From Leucoraja ocellata (Eukaryota), in the NCBI GenBank assembly GCA_036785375.1, contig JAWMAR010000481.1, positions 1,178,001-1,242,000 of the forward strand: a DNA stretch of 64,000 bases, given 5' to 3'. The position numbers were made by a program, and so were the translations under genes. Under the pieces are notes generated by a model. The model did no database searches. It was not told the DNA's origin and saw only the letters and a program-made list of their open reading frames with translations. Positions 14,601-25,873 of the stretch are shown piece after piece. Position 1 is the first letter of the stretch, and each line of letters starts with the position of its first letter.

Positions 14601-14983
14601 CACTGCTCTCTCTCCCCATCCCCGCACTCGCAACAAGGGCCGAGTCCCCCTAGTCCTCACCTTTCACCCCACCAGCCGTCACATACAAAAAATAATCCTC
14701 CGTCAGTTTCGCCACCTCCAACGTGACCCCACTACTCGCCACATCTTCCCATCTCCCCCCATATCTGCCTTCCGCAAAGACCGCTCCCTCCATAACTCCC
14801 TTGTCAATTCTTCCCTTCCCTCTCGGTCCACCCCCTCCCCGGGCACTTTCCCTTGCGGCCGCAGGAGATGCAACACTTGTCCCTTTGCCTCCCCCCTCGA
14901 CTCCGTTCAAGGACCCAAGCAGTCGTTCCAGGTGCGACAGAGGTTTACCTGCATCTCTTCCAACCTCATCTATTGCGTCATCT
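11633..14983 (+). mobile_element. Young Penelope-like retrotransposon, 3'-truncated within the GIY-YIG endonuclease
   Basis: 16-bp direct repeat CCAGCAGCTGTTTCTG at 11617-11632 and 14984-14999; short inverted tail piece (GGAACTGCAGATGCTGG) at the 5' end; uninterrupted ORF. Confidence 0.85.
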
Positions 14984-15132
14984 CCAGCAGCTGTTTCTGT
15001 AGAACTGGTGGGCGGCAGCTTCAACCACCCCGGGCCGCGGTGTTGAGCCGCGGGACTGTTCTTAACATCGCCCAGGGGGGGGGTATCGCCCCAGCGCAGA
15101 GGGAGAAGAGGAGGGAAGAGACTGCGACCTAA
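11656..15132 (+). CDS. Penelope-like RT ORF (Pro-rich N-terminus, RT, partial GIY-YIG; last ~50 aa are read-through into flank)
   Basis: IKPADKGGAVV, PGRPIVS, FTMDVQSLYTSIP, GVAMGTRMGPSYA, YLRYIDD, LPFLD, CGRRRCNTC, FTCISSNLIYC; the YIGET half is missing. Confidence 0.9.
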   Translation: MLEMLICFLGACLRLHLIPHGFQLQFPTSQFGPQPDHRYRLAIHRHTQQFSNRALRSTLAAMRRHQQELTSTLPELQASLTQTCNGPQLYFIRRKIHRFNQQFLAHLNSTKDLKLSRLQAAPDGPQHPQTPGPDSALHRLPESRDAILATRSAFNTHQDAAFTDFRADAAAADPHLPTDNAQPRRYGNSDFLLPADSSDPRCSLGQPSLIAAPGLPYATASPGLPNNAAGPDLPGITAGPDLPGIAAGPDPDQPGIAAGPDPDPPGIAAGPGPSQHGRCTTPRSSRCLPGLAEPCRRADHPPIGTSHTSPADPDSTDHRRRTSGPLTRATGLSPSGPLTLASGLPPSGPLTRATPPPSNNPQPSPYLEPGLSTGPEALTLLTPTLLGLTPLGPSASRPSLVYLSGSSTESPPPTPSNCKSPPPTPSNCVAPALPHTHHSPLTPPPPDHPPPPHHTSPRPHLPSSGPNPHPCRVFTIPPDLPLSNTERSVLNRGLTFVPLRPHLNEFRAHHDLERFYRRLRLTAFFHGKESSPPTDDPFSRLQRTPSSWNPPRGQFPALELFINNCRRDINRLNFSTPLSHSNLSPQERSAIDSLRNNPDLVIKPADKGGAVVVWRADLYKAEATRQLSDTSSYLPLDHDPTDEHQATISSTITNFIHSNALPDRASNLIVPQPRTARFYLLPKIHKPDCPGRPIVSACSCPTELISKYLDSILSPLVKSLPTYVQDTSDTLRRLRAFNSLGPHPLIFTMDVQSLYTSIPHHDGLTALRFFLDQRSNPYPATDTLLRLAELVLTLNNFAFDSSHFLQIQGVAMGTRMGPSYACLFVGYVEQSLFNTYQGPIPNLYLRYIDDCFGATSCTRTQLTDFIHFTTNFHPELKYTWTISDTSLPFLDLTISIAGDRLLTDIHYKPTDSHGYLDYTSSHPASCKDSIPYSQFLRLRRICSMDEAFHTRTSEMSSLFRERGFLSSTINEARTRVSSIPRNTALSPHPRTRNKGRVPLVLTFHPTSRHIQKIILRQFRHLQRDPTTRHIFPSPPISAFRKDRSLHNSLVNSSLPSRSTPSPGTFPCGRRRCNTCPFASPLDSVQGPKQSFQVRQRFTCISSNLIYCVISSSCFCRTGGRQLQPPRAAVLSRGTVLNIAQGGGIAPAQREKRREETAT

Positions 15133-15451
15133 GACTTTTGCCTCCATCACAGTGAGGAGATGCTGGGTGGACTCACTGTGGTGGATGTTAATGTGTGTTT
15201 ATTGTTGTTTTATTGTATGGTATTATATGTATGACTGCTGCAATTTCGTTCAGATTTCTNNNNNNNNNNNNNNNNNNNNNNNNNNNNNNNNNNNNNNNNN
15301 NNNNNNNNNNNNNNNNNNNNNNNNNNNNNNNNNNNNNNNNNNNNNNNNNNNNNNNNNNNNNNNNNNNNNNNNNNNNNNNNNNNNNNNNNNNNNNNNNNNN
15401 NNNNNNNNNNNNNNNNNNNNNNNNNNNNNNNNNNNNNNNNNNNNNNNNNTT

Positions 15452-16058
15452 TGAACTCCTTTATATCAGCGAGACCAAGCACAGGCTTGATGATCGCTCC
15501 GCTGAACACCACCGCCCAGTCCGCCTGAGCCTACACGATCTCCTGGTTGCTAAACGCTTTAACTACCCCTCCCATTCCCACACTGACCTGTCTGCCCTGG
15601 GCCTCCTCCACTGTCAGAGTGAGGCCCAGCGCAAATTGGAGGAACAGCATCTCATATTTTCCTTGGGCAGCTTACACCCCAGCAGTATCACTATTGACTT
15701 CTCTAACTTCAAGTAGTGAACCCTTGCTTTCCCTCTCTCTCCGTCCCTCCCCCACCCTAGTTCTCTGACTAGTTTCACTGTCCTCCTGATTAAATATTAC
15801 TGATTGTGTGCCTCGTTGTCACCTTCCCCATAGCTAACGATGCACCTTTCTACATTTCCTTATCACGATCTGCTTTGATCTATCCTTTTCACACCTTTCC
15901 CCTCCATATCGCTACACCCCCTCCCAGTCTGAAGAAAGGTCTCACCCCAAAACATCACCCATTCCTTCTCTCGAGAGTTGCTGCCTTACCCGCGGAGTTA
16001 CTCTAGCAATTTGTGTCTATCTTCGGTGTAAACCAGCATCTGCAGTTCCTTCCTTCAC
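15452..16058 (+). mobile_element. Old Penelope 3' end (second half of GIY-YIG plus tail)
   Basis: ELLYISETKHRLDDRSAEH...QRKLEEQHLIFSLGSLHP, then the CTGAAGA...CCAGCATCTGCAGTTCC tail. Confidence 0.8.
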
Positions 16059-16503
16059 AACTGTCAATGTATGTGAACCACATTCCCTCATGATACTAAT
16101 AAGCACATACCATTTGCAGAGGCAGCAGACAATGATCAGTTTAAGACACTATATGGGAAAATAGGACTTATGTTCCCTTTCCACAAACCTTAATGGACCT
16201 CAGACCGTAAAGGACCTTGCTTGCCTCGAGGAATGAGGGGGGCTCCTCATAGAAACTTACCGAATAGTGAAAGGCCTGGATAGAGTGGATGTGGAGAGGA
16301 TGTTTCCACTAGTGGAAGAGACTAGGACCAGACTGCACTTTATTGCTCCTCGTTAGATCAGGAACTAAAATAAGAATCCCGCAGTACATTGAGCAACATC
16401 AGGTATCAGGAAAGATGTTTGCCGTAAATTGCCCCATCTGCTCACTTGAACATTTCCAGCCTCATCCCATCTCTGGTTTTAAGCCAAATATCTGTGCCTG
16501 CCT

Positions 16504-16908
16504 TATAACCATATAACCATATAACAATATAACCATATAACCATATAACAGCACGGAAACAGGCCATCTCGGCCCTACAAGTCCGTGCCGAAATTTTTCC
16601 CCTTAGTCCCACCTGCCTGCACTCATACCATAACCCTCCATTCCCTTCTCATCCATATGCCTATCCAATTTATTTTTAAATGATACCAATGAACCTGCCT
16701 CCACCACTTCCACTGGAAGCTCGTTCCACACCGCTACCACTCTCTGAGTAAAGAAGTTCCCCCTCATATTACCCCTAAACTTCTGTCCCTTAATTCTGAA
16801 GTCATGTCCTCTTGTTTGAATCCTCCCTATTCTCAAAGGGAAAAGCTTGTCCACATCAACTCTGTCTATCCCTCTCATCATTTTAAAGACCTCTATCAAG
16901 TCCCCCCT
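16504..16908 (-). mobile_element. Young CR1 3' fragment with (ATAACCAT)n tail
   Basis: GDLIEVFKMMRGIDRVDVDKLFPL...; almost identical to 62015-62406. Confidence 0.9.
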
Positions 16909-17404
16909 TCTCCCCATAACCCTTGATTCCACTAGTCCCTAGAGCTCTATCTAACTCTGTCTTAAATCCATCCAGTAATTTGGCCTCCACTGCCCTATAA
17001 GGATATAGGACTAGTGTACGGGTGATCGTTGGTTGGTGTGGACTCGGTGGGCAGAAGGGCCTGTTTTCATGCCATCTCTCTAAAACAAACTATTGTCGTT
17101 ACCTCGTTGGTCTCAGTTTAACATTGCTTGTGAAAGTCAGCAAAATGCAAGATTCTTTCTATAGCCCTCAGACCAGTGAGCCCATGGGCTCATCTCTTAA
17201 CCAGACAGTCAAAACCTTTTTTAGTTTAGTTTATAGATGCAGCACTGTATCAGACCCTCCTGGTTGCGAAACGCTTTAACTACCCCTCCCATTCCCACAC
17301 TGACCTTTCTGTCCCGATCACATTGACAACCCAGACGCGGCTCCGACCCTCCCCCTCTCCCTCTCCCGCCCCCACTCACTGATTCATGTTTTCCCCCAGC
17401 ACCT

Positions 17405-17858
17405 CCGCTGAGAGAATGGAGAGGCTGGGCTTGTATACTCCGGAGTTCAGAAGGATGAGAGGGTGTCTTATTGAAACATATAAGATTATTAAGGGTTTGG
17501 ACATGATAGAGGCAGGAAACATGTTCCCAATGTTGGGGCCAGAACTAGGGGCAACAGTTTAAGAATAAGGGGTAAGATATTTAGAACGGAGATGATGAAA
17601 CACTTTATCACACAGAGAGTTGTGAGTGTGGAATTCTCTGCCAGTGGGCGGTGGAGGCCGGTTCTCTGGATACTTTCAAGAGAGAGCAAGATAGGGCCCT
17701 TAAAGATAGTGGAGTCAGGGGATGTGGGGAGAAGGCAGGACTGGGGTACTGATTTGGGATGATCAGCCATGAGCACATTGAATGGTGGTGCTGACTCGAA
17801 GGGCCGAATGGCCTACTCCTGCACCTATTGTCTATTGTCTATTGTCTATTGTCTATTG
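17405..17858 (+). mobile_element. CR1 3' fragment with (CTATTGT)n tail
   Basis: ERLGLYTPEFRRMRG-like coding remnant and terminal heptamer repeats. Confidence 0.85.
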
Positions 17859-18786
17859 ATTGTGGCCCTGACTGCTGCTTCAGTCTTAAACCTGATTCAC
17901 TGAGCAGCCTTGGTTCTCATCAGCAAACATCAGCTGAAACACATTGTGCAGGGATTCTGCCCACGGCATTTTGTAATGCTGTAAATGCAGCTTGTCACAA
18001 CTTTTTAGTTTGTCCTTAGTTTATTGCTTTGATGCTGCCAATTCCCATCTACCCGATCACTTTAACTACAGTCATCAGGGTGGATCTCTATGATCAGCTC
18101 GAGTAAACACAGAATAAGTTGCTGGTGGGAGTCTCTCAGCTCCATCAGAACCTAAAATGCAGGTGTACGTACATCTGGACAGCTCGTTCCCATTAATCAG
18201 TGTAATCATGATCAATGAAAATCACCAGCACTTTGAGCCCATTTCTAAACGTGGCAAATTTACTGAAATGCGGAGAGGGTCTTCATTGCCCATTGGTTTT
18301 AATTCTTTCAGCCCCATTTCGTGGGGTAAACATGAACCTGTTAGTGCAAAACACAGCATCAGAATTATTTTTTTCATATGTAAAGCAGTATGCTTATTCT
18401 TTGTAGTAACAGCTCTGCTGGGAGGGCCCCCTGCTCAAATTAAACCTGCCCGTGCAACCTATGAGGAAGTGTAAGGAGAAGGACTGGGTCGAAATGTTAT
18501 CAGAGTTTCAGACATCTGGCAGTTATTAATAACAAATGATTGCTGCGATTCAAGTAAATCAATGGCTGTCTTTGATACCTCATGAAGTTTTCATCCACGT
18601 TAATGCAAATGATAATGTAATGAAATTTAATGAAGTGGATCTCCCTCCTCTTAAAGCCCAGATAAACATGTGGCAGTCTGTGGTATTGTGAGGTGTTGAT
18701 TTGTTCAATGGGTTTATTTAATTTCTGCAGGTTCAATTTGTCTGCCATTAGCAGTCATGATATTGTATTACAGAATATAATAAAAA

Positions 18787-19745
18787 TGATCTGCAGATGC
18801 TGGTTTGTACCAAAGATCGACACAAAATGCTGGAGTAGCTCAACAGGTCAGGCAGCATCTCTGGAGAAAATGGGTAGGGGAAGTGTCAGCTTGGGACCCT
18901 TCTTCAGTCTGAGGAGAGAAGCGAGAGAGGGATTGCAAGGGTTACTTGAAGTTGGAGAAATCAATATTCATACCGCTGGGTTGTAAGCTGCCCAAGCATA
19001 ATATGAGGTGCTAGTTCTGCAATTTGCATGTGGCCTCAGTCTGACAGTGGAGGAGGCACAGGACGGAAAGGTCAATGTGGGAATGGGAAGAGGAGTTAAC
19101 ATCTTTGGCAACTGGTAGGTCTCGTAGGCCAAGGCGGACTGAGCCTAGGTGTGTCAGCAAAATGATCGCCCAGTCTGTGCTTAGTTTCACCGATACATTG
19201 GAGGTTGGAGGAGGTGCGTGAACCTCTGCCTCACCTAAGAGGACTGTCGGGGTCCCTTGCAATCCCTATCTCTCCCTCCCTCCACCACCCGAGACAACTT
19301 GCTAGTTTCATGGTTCGTATCCCTTTATTATCACTTCATCCACAGCCAACAATAGACCATTGTGGGCTCTACCTTTCCTGAGTTATCGATGATGGCTCTC
19401 ATTTATTTTGTACCTTTTCATATCTCTAGTTTCCCATTCCCCTGACTCAGTCTGAAGGACGGTCTTGACCCAAAATTTCTCCAGAGATGCTATCTGACCC
19501 GCTATATTACTCCAGCATTTTGGGCCTATTCAGTGTAAACTAGCATCTGCAATTCCTATCAATACTCTCCCTCACCTCTATCCACCTATCACTTGCCAGG
19601 TTTTGTCCTACCCCCCCCCCCCCCCGCCCCCCCCACACACACTCCACCACCACAATCAATGAAGAAGAATCCCAACCTGAAACATCGCAACCATGTTCTC
19701 CAGAGATGCTGCCTGACCCATTGTTACTCCAGCACTTTATTTTGT
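18787..19745. mobile_element. Decayed Penelope 3' ends (minus copy ~18787-19260, plus-strand tails ~19260-19745)
   Basis: GIY-YIG C-terminal remnant on minus (HSHIDLSVLCLLHCQTEATCKL) and repeated CTCCAGAGATGCTGCCTGACCC...TTACTCCAGCA tail. Confidence 0.65.
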
Positions 19746-20097
19746 AGTGGTGCCTTTAGTATTTTTAGTTTGAGGTAACAAAAGAAAGATATTATAGGTA
19801 TTGAAAATACCTTTATTTTTTAAATCCTGTGGGAAAAGTAACTTTCTTATTGCGAATCTGAAACACTTTAGCCCCGAAGCCTCCTTTCCCCCATTGGTAT
19901 CATTGTCTTTACAAAGTGATTTTGTACAACATGAAGCTTCTTCAGAACACAATTATCACATTGGAGCAGATTATTTGTAAAGGGTCCTGAACACTTGCCC
20001 ATCAGCACTCCATAGCAGATGCAGCACAGGTCAGTACAGAGGAGAGTTTCTGCCATATTATAACAAGATCTTTCCTGGTCCCAGCACACTGATGCAA

Positions 20098-21162
20098 TTA
20101 TAGGTCCTTTTCAGAATGGCAGGCAGTGGCGAGTGGAGTGCCGCAAGGCTCGGTGTTGGGGCCGCAACTGTTTACCATATATATTAATGATTTGGAAGAG
20201 GGAATTTGGAGCAACACTGGCAAATTTGTGGATGACACAAAGCTGGGTGGCAGTGTGAACTGTGAAGAGGATGTTGGGAGGTTGCAGGGTGACCTGGACA
20301 GGTTGAGTGAGTGGGCAGATACGTGGCAGATGCAGTATAATAAAGATAAATGTGAAGTTACCCACTTTGGTGCCAAAAACAAGGGGGCAGATTATTATCT
20401 CAATGGGGTTAGGTTAGGTAAGGAGGAGGTGCAGCAAGTCCAGGGTGTCCTTGTACACCGGTCACTTAAAGTTGGCTTACAGGTACAACAGGTAGTGAAG
20501 AAAGTTAATGGAATGTTGGCCTTCATAACAAGAGGATTTCAGTATAGGAATTAAGAGGTTCTTCTGCAGATGTATAGGGCCCTGGTAAGACCACATCTGG
20601 AGTATTGCTTACAGTTTTGGTCTCCTAATTTGTGGAAGGACATCCTTGTGATTGAGGCAATGCAGCGTAGGTTCACGAGATTGATCCCTGGGATTGCGGG
20701 ACTGTCATATGAGGAAAGATTAAAAAGACTTGGCTTGTATTCACTGGAGTTTAGAATTAAGAGGTGGGATCTTATAGAAACATATAAAATTATAAAAAGA
20801 CTGGACAAGCTAGATGCAGGAAAAATATTCCCAATGTTGGGCGAGTCCAGAACCAGGGGCCACAGTCTTAGAATAAAGGCAAGGCCATTTAAGACGGAGG
20901 TGAGAAAAAACTTTTTCACCCAGAGAGTTGTGAATTTGTAGAATTCCCTGCCACAGAGGGCAATAGAGGTAAAATCACTGAATGGATTTAAGAGAGAGTT
21001 AGATAGAGCTCTAGGGGCTAGTGGAGTCAAGGGATATGGGTAGAAGGCAGGCACGGGTTATTGATTGGGGACGATCAGCCATGATCGCAATGAATGGCGT
21101 TGCTGGCTCGAAGGGCCAAATGGCATCCTCCTGCACCTATTTTCTATGTTTCTATGTTTCTA
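20098..21162 (+). mobile_element. CR1 LINE, 5'-truncated
   Basis: SGVPQGSVLGPQLFTIYINDL, KFVDDTKL, LVRPHLEYC; TTCTATGT tail. Confidence 0.92.
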
Positions 21163-21745
21163 TAAAGAAGGCACATCAACGCCTCTACTTCCTGAGATGA
21201 TTACGGAGAGTCGGTATGTCAAGGAGGACTCTCTCGAACTTCTACAGGTGCACAGTAGAGAGCATAATGACTGGTTGCATCGTGGCCTGGTTCGGCAAGT
21301 TGAAAGTCCAGGAGCAGAAAAGAATGCAGAAAGTTGTGACCACTGCCCAGTCCATCATCGGCTCTGACCTCCCCCACCATCTATCGCAGTCGCTGCCTCA
21401 TAAAGGCTGCCAACATCATGAAAGACCCACACCATCCTGGTCACACACTCTCCGTTGCCATCAGGAAGAAGGTACAGGAGCTTGAAATCTGGAACATCCA
21501 GGTTCAGGAACAGCTTCTTCCTCGCAGTCATCAGGCTAGTAAACACACCATCAAACAAACTCTGAACAATAACAGCCTATTGCACTTCATCTGTTCATTT
21601 ATGTGTGTGTGTATATGGTCTATGGTTTATAGACACACTGAACTGTTCTATATTATGTTTACATATTCTGTTGTGCTGCAGCAAGCAAGAATTTAATTGT
21701 CCTATCTGGGACACATGACAATAAAACTCTCTTGACTCTTGACTC
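21163..21745 (+). mobile_element. Rex1/Babar-like (L2-group) LINE 3' fragment
   Basis: TLSNFYRCTVESIMTGCIVAWFG; ends ACAATAAAACTCTCTTGACTCTTGACT. Confidence 0.75.
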
Positions 21746-21757
21746 TTTCACCCCTCT

Positions 21758-21788
<31 letters not shown>

Positions 21789-22104
21789 CCCTCGCCCTTT
21801 CATCCTTTTCCAAATGACTTCTCTCTGTCTTCATTCTTCCTGTCTCTCTTCTGCTTTCCCTTTCTCCCTCTGTGCTCTGGATTTTCCCCTCATTTTTCTC
21901 TCCGTAACTCACTCCCAATCTCTCTGTCAGGTGCTGCTGGGTAGCCAGTGGTGAGATTGTCATCTTACAGTCGTAAGACTGGGAAGATTTAAAAAACCTG
22001 TCTTAAATACAGGCAACAGCTAGGTATGGAGAGATATATGGATAAACAATGTCAGTGGTAACAGGAGTGGTGAGGAGAGAAACAGAGGTTGCTGTTTAGT
22101 TAGT

Positions 22105-22775
22105 CACTCAAGTCAAGTCCAGTCAAGTCAAGAGAGTTTTATTGTCATGTGTCCCAGATAGGGCAATGACATTCTTGCTTGCTGCAGCACAACAGAATAT
22201 GTAAACATAGTACAGAAAAGGAGATAAAAGTTCAGTGTGCCTGTAGACCATAGACCATATATATACACAATAAATAACCGGATATGTTGCAATAGGCTGC
22301 TATTGTTCAGAGTTTGTTTGATGGCGTGTTTAATAGCCTGATGGCTGTGGGGAAGTTGCTGTTCCTGAACCTGGATGTTCCAGTTTTCAAGCTCCTGTAC
22401 CTTCTTCCCGATGGCAACGTAGAGATGAGTGTGTGGCCAGGATGGTGTGGGTCCTTGATGATGTTGGCAGACGTTTTGAGCCAGCGACTGCGATAGGTCC
22501 CTTCGATGGTGGGGAGGTCAGAGCCGATGGTGGACTGGGCAGTGGTCACAACTTTCTGCATTCTTGTCTGTTCCTGGACGTTCAAGTTAACGAACCAAGC
22601 CACGATGCAACCGGTCAGCATGCTCTCTACTGTGCACCTGGAGAAGTGCGAGAGAGTCCTCCTTGACATACCGACTCTCCGTAATCTTCTCAGGAAGTAG
22701 AGGCACTGATGTGCCTTCGTTATGATTGCATCAGTGTGCTGGGACCAGGAAAGACCTTTGGAAATATGTACGCCA
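22105..22775 (-). mobile_element. Rex1/Babar-like LINE 3' fragment, inverted relative to 21163-21745
   Basis: GVHISKGLSWSQHTDAIITKAHQCLYFLRRLRR...PSGRRYRSLKTGTSRFRNS; (CTTGA)n tail. Confidence 0.78.
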
Positions 22776-23024
22776 GCTGACTGTGATTCCATAAGGAAAT
22801 TACCAATTGCATTGGGCTCAAGAGCAAAGCAGGAAGGTTTGCTTTGTGTTGAGGGACCACTGCTAGGTTTGGTTTAATCCTGAGCTTGAATTTAAACCAA
22901 TGCTCTTAACGTGCCTTAGTTGATGGGAAACGCTGGGATACAAAGGGTTTTATGCAGCTGTTTAATAGAATTAGACCACATCTGGAGCTCTGGGTGTGAT
23001 TCCGGGCAGCACCGCTCAGGAAGA

Positions 23025-23822
23025 ATAGACAATAGGTGCAGGAGTAGGCCATTCGGCCCTTTGAGCCAGCACCGCCATTCACTGTGATCATGGCTGATCA
23101 TCCACAATCAGTACCCCGTTTCTGCCTTCTCCCCATATTCCCTGACTCCATTATCTTTAAGAGCCCTATCTAGCTCTCTCTTGAAAGTATCCAGAGAACC
23201 GGCCTCCATCACCCTCTGAGGCAGAGAATTCCCCAGACTCAAACTCTCTGTGTTAAAAAGTGTTCCCTCATCCCATTCTAAATCCCTTACCCCTTATTCT
23301 TAAACTGTGGCCCCTGGTTCTGGACTCCTCCAACATCAGGTACACATATTCTGCCTCTAGCATGTCCAAACCCTTAATAATCTTGTATGTTTCAATAAGA
23401 TCCTTTCTCATCCTTCTAAATTCCAGATTATACAAGCCAAGCCGCTCCATTCTCTCAGCATATGACAGTCCCACCATCCTGGGAATTAACCTTGTAAACC
23501 TACGCTGCACTCGCTTAATAGCAAGAATGTCCTTCCTCAATTTAGGGGACCAAAACTGCACAAAATACCCCAGGTGTGGTCTCACTCGGGCCCTGTACAA
23601 CTGTAGAAGGACCTCTTTGCTCCATTACTCAACTCCTCTGGTTATGAAGGTGAACGTGCCATTCACTTTCTTCACTGCCTGCTGTACCTGAATGCTTACT
23701 TTCATTGACTGATGTACAAGGACCCCCAGATCCCATTGTACTTTCCCTTTTCCCAACTTGACACCATTCAAATAATACTCTGCCTTTCTGTTTTTGCCAC
23801 CAAGGTGGATAACCTCACATTT
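23025..23822 (-). mobile_element. CR1 LINE fragment
   Basis: VRPHLGYFVQFWSP...ERLGLYNLEFRRMR; CR1 3' UTR. Confidence 0.88.
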
Positions 23823-24722
23823 AATAGGGCTGCCAACATTGGGTGAGAGTTGAGAGTGAGAAATTGTCCCCCCCCCTCCCACGTTAGGGAGCTTTTGCAT
23901 TTTTCAGCTTTAAATTGTGCAATCTGGTGCATACTGTAGTGAGTCTTTTAACTTACACTTGAATGCAACATTTATGCTTTAAATTGGATTAGGTATGAAT
24001 AAGGTTAAGCTAAATTGCATTCCTGATTACATTCCACAATAGAGCCAGGCTCTGATCAACAGCACATGGTGCAGCACATGAATGACTATATTCATGTATG
24101 GAAATCAGATTATATTCATGCTGTTATGCATATATATATATAGAGAAAAACACAGAGAAATAAGGCAAGAGTCGGACTTCCACCACTGTCTGTACAAATA
24201 AATCAATCGACCTTACCTTTTGAATTTAGAGACAAGTTGAAAATAATGCCACATATTCAATCATATATGGTTCAATGAAATTAAGATATATATGTAAAAA
24301 ATATAAATGGAAACAGGCACTTCAGCCCACCAAGGCCACACTGACCAGCAATCTATCATATACCATTTACGTCCATCACGCCAGGGACAATTTACAGAAG
24401 CCAATTAACCTACAAACCAGCACTTCTTTCAGATATGGGAGAAACCGGAATATCCTGAGAAAACCCATGTAATAGTAAGGCAGCAACTCTACTGCTGCGC
24501 CACCGTGCCACACCATTAAATTATTTTTTCTGTAATATATTTATTATGGTGTCACGTCAATAAAGATGAACATGTGATTCTGATTTCTGCCCTTAGCTGG
24601 ATAACACACATCTCAAATCATTGCATTTCAACCTCTTCAGTCTGAAGGTCTCAACCCAAAACATCACCCATTCTTTCGCTCCAGAGATGCTGCCTGTCCT
24701 GCTGAGATTTACTAGTTTTTAG

Positions 24723-25873
24723 CAAAGATCTTATAGCGAAGCAAGATAGACTACTCCTGCTAAATGCAATGGACTGACGTGTAGTACGCTATGGAGGGGA
24801 TCATGGGCATTTTTCCACGCCCATTTTAGCAACCTGAGCCTACCTGACCCCACCCGACTCGCACTGTAATCAATGTTGCGGGGCAACAGTTTGTGTGGGC
24901 CTGATTCATAAATCTGTCAGTTCAAACTTCTTGACAAGAATAAAATTTGATTCTGGTAATTGTCTTTTTTAATGTTTTTTAAATCATTTATTTTTAAATG
25001 GCTCACAAGCAGCGTTTGAGTTGATTTTGTAGTAACCGGAACCGACCCAACTCGCAGGGTGATTGACAGGGGGGGACTTTTTGTGCGTGATATAGGGTTA
25101 GATTCATAATTCTGTTAGTTCATAATTCTGTTGATTCTTGTTAAAGAACAAAATGTTTATAAACACACATACATGAAAATTATATAAATGTATATAACAC
25201 ACACAATTATATTTCTTCTAATCCAATAATGAACTTTATTTCAGACTAGACAAGGGACATTAAATAAGAAACATTGTAAATAAGAAACATTGTCTTGAGG
25301 CACTCTCTCTGCCCGCTGCCCCGCACTCTCTCTCCCCGCTGCCCCGGGCCCCGCACTCTCTCTTCCCGCTGCCCCAGGCCCCGCACGCTCTCTCCCCACT
25401 GCCCCGAGTCCCGCACTCTCTCTCCTCGCTGCCCCGGGCCCCGCACTCTCTCTCCCCGCTGCCCCGGGCCCCGCACTCTCTCTCCCCGCTGCCCCGGGCC
25501 CCGCACTCTCTCTCCCCGCTGCCCCGGGCCCCGCACTCCCTCTCCCCGCTGCCCCGGACTCTCTCTCCCCGCTGCCCCGGGCCCCGCACTCTCTCTCCCC
25601 GCTGCCCCGGGCCCCGCACTCTCTCTCCCCGCTGCCCCGGGCCCCGCACTCTCTCTCCCCGCTGCCCCGGGCCCCGCACTCCTTCTCCCCGCTGCGGATC
25701 CAATCTTTGGCCGGAAGCAAGAAGGCGGGAGCAAGAAAGCGGAACAAGATGGCGGAACAAGATGGCGGAGTCAGGTTGCTAAAATGTGTCCTATAATCAC
25801 CCATGAATCCGCCCATGAGCGTACCTCACGTTTGCGTGAGAGTAATCCATCTTGCTTCGCTATAAGATCTTTG
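24723..25873. mobile_element. Non-autonomous DNA transposon (MITE), 25-bp TIRs, 8-bp TSD (P or hAT superfamily)
   Basis: CAAAGATCTTATAGCGAAGCAAGAT (24723-24747) and its exact reverse complement (25849-25873); TSD GTTTTTAG at 24715-24722 and 25874-25881; inserted in a Penelope tail that resumes afterwards. Confidence 0.92.
25298..25695. repeat. 30-bp GC-rich minisatellite, ~13 copies, inside the MITE
   Basis: Unit GCCCCGCACTCTCTCTCCCCGCTGCCCCGG; explains the repetitive ORFs in this interval. Confidence 0.95.

Larger units (their letters stand above)
10960..15259 (+). mobile_element. GC-rich non-autonomous retroelement (SINE or LINE-UTR derived), split by a Penelope insertion; host parts 10960-11632 and 15000-15259
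   Basis: CpG-rich body with ~4 internal GGCGCCCAAGTCGGGGCGGCCCGG repeats (11388-11525); resumes after the duplicated CCAGCAGCTGTTTCTG; AT-rich 3' part runs into a gap. Confidence 0.5.

Noticed and set aside
15928-15960. Penelope-tail minimal hammerhead ribozyme motif (CTGAAGA...GAAAC); similar at ~891, 19452, 19660, 24642
   Set aside because: Every copy I checked has a mutated core (e.g. CAAAA for CGAAA) or broken stem; relics only, and the association is already known.
18603-18610. Octamer ATGCAAAT with nearby E-boxes
   Set aside because: 21 kb from VH, and one hit is expected by chance in 64 kb.
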